This document shows positions 63,885 through 64,000 of a stretch of 64,000 bases of DNA, in pieces. A model generated the notes under the pieces. It was not told where the DNA came from. It did no database searches and worked only from the letters and a program-made list of their open reading frames with translations. The translations under genes were made by a program, and so were the position numbers. The stretch covers positions 43,896,001 to 43,960,000 of the forward strand of contig NC_135812.1 of NCBI RefSeq assembly GCF_964213995.1. Direction: 5' to 3'. Source of the DNA: Mustelus asterias. Its lineage: Eukaryota. Positions within the stretch are counted from its first letter, which is position 1. The number at the start of each line of letters is the position of its first letter.

Positions 63885-64000
63885 CTGGAATATTCCAGAT
63901 AGTGACATTATGTGGGGACATTACCACTGAGCCACCAACTTTCCATTTCATAGTTAACAAAATAATTTTGATGCATAGATGCTGTAGTAACGTAGAGTAT

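Larger units (their letters stand above)
62340..63936 (-). mobile_element. 5' part of a LINE with a tRNA-like head and APE endonuclease start, split by two insertions
   Basis: TNIWGLVPNLGELSHRLVKQQ..VMLTESYL; B box at 62974-62983; head continues at 63523-63552 and 63885-63936. Confidence 0.7.

Overview
Eukaryotic, AT-rich, repeat-dense DNA that is almost certainly from an elasmobranch (shark), judged by HE1/V-SINEs, DeuSINE- and LF-SINE-like relics, CR1, Rex1/Babar, L2 and Penelope elements. I could not identify any host protein-coding gene. The long ORFs are retroelement-, minisatellite- or low-complexity-derived. Landmarks: a near full-length CR1 LINE (15.4-19.5 kb), a CpG-island promoter (46.6-47.06 kb), a fragmented Gypsy fossil interrupted by a near full-length Rex1 LINE (52.3-56.2 kb), and a 27-bp minisatellite (56.7-57.9 kb). 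The most interesting signals are: (1) a Penelope family whose termini carry minimal hammerhead ribozymes and which also mobilises non-coding mini-elements with clear TSDs; (2) a T>C hypermutated Penelope fragment fused to a CR1 5' end, resembling a fossil of A-to-I edited RNA; (3) one V-SINE head carrying two alternative LINE tails (CR1-type and Rex1-type); (4) a LINE whose 5' end is a tRNA-like SINE head. Family names come from motif recognition and recall, not database searches, and boundaries of old elements are approximate.
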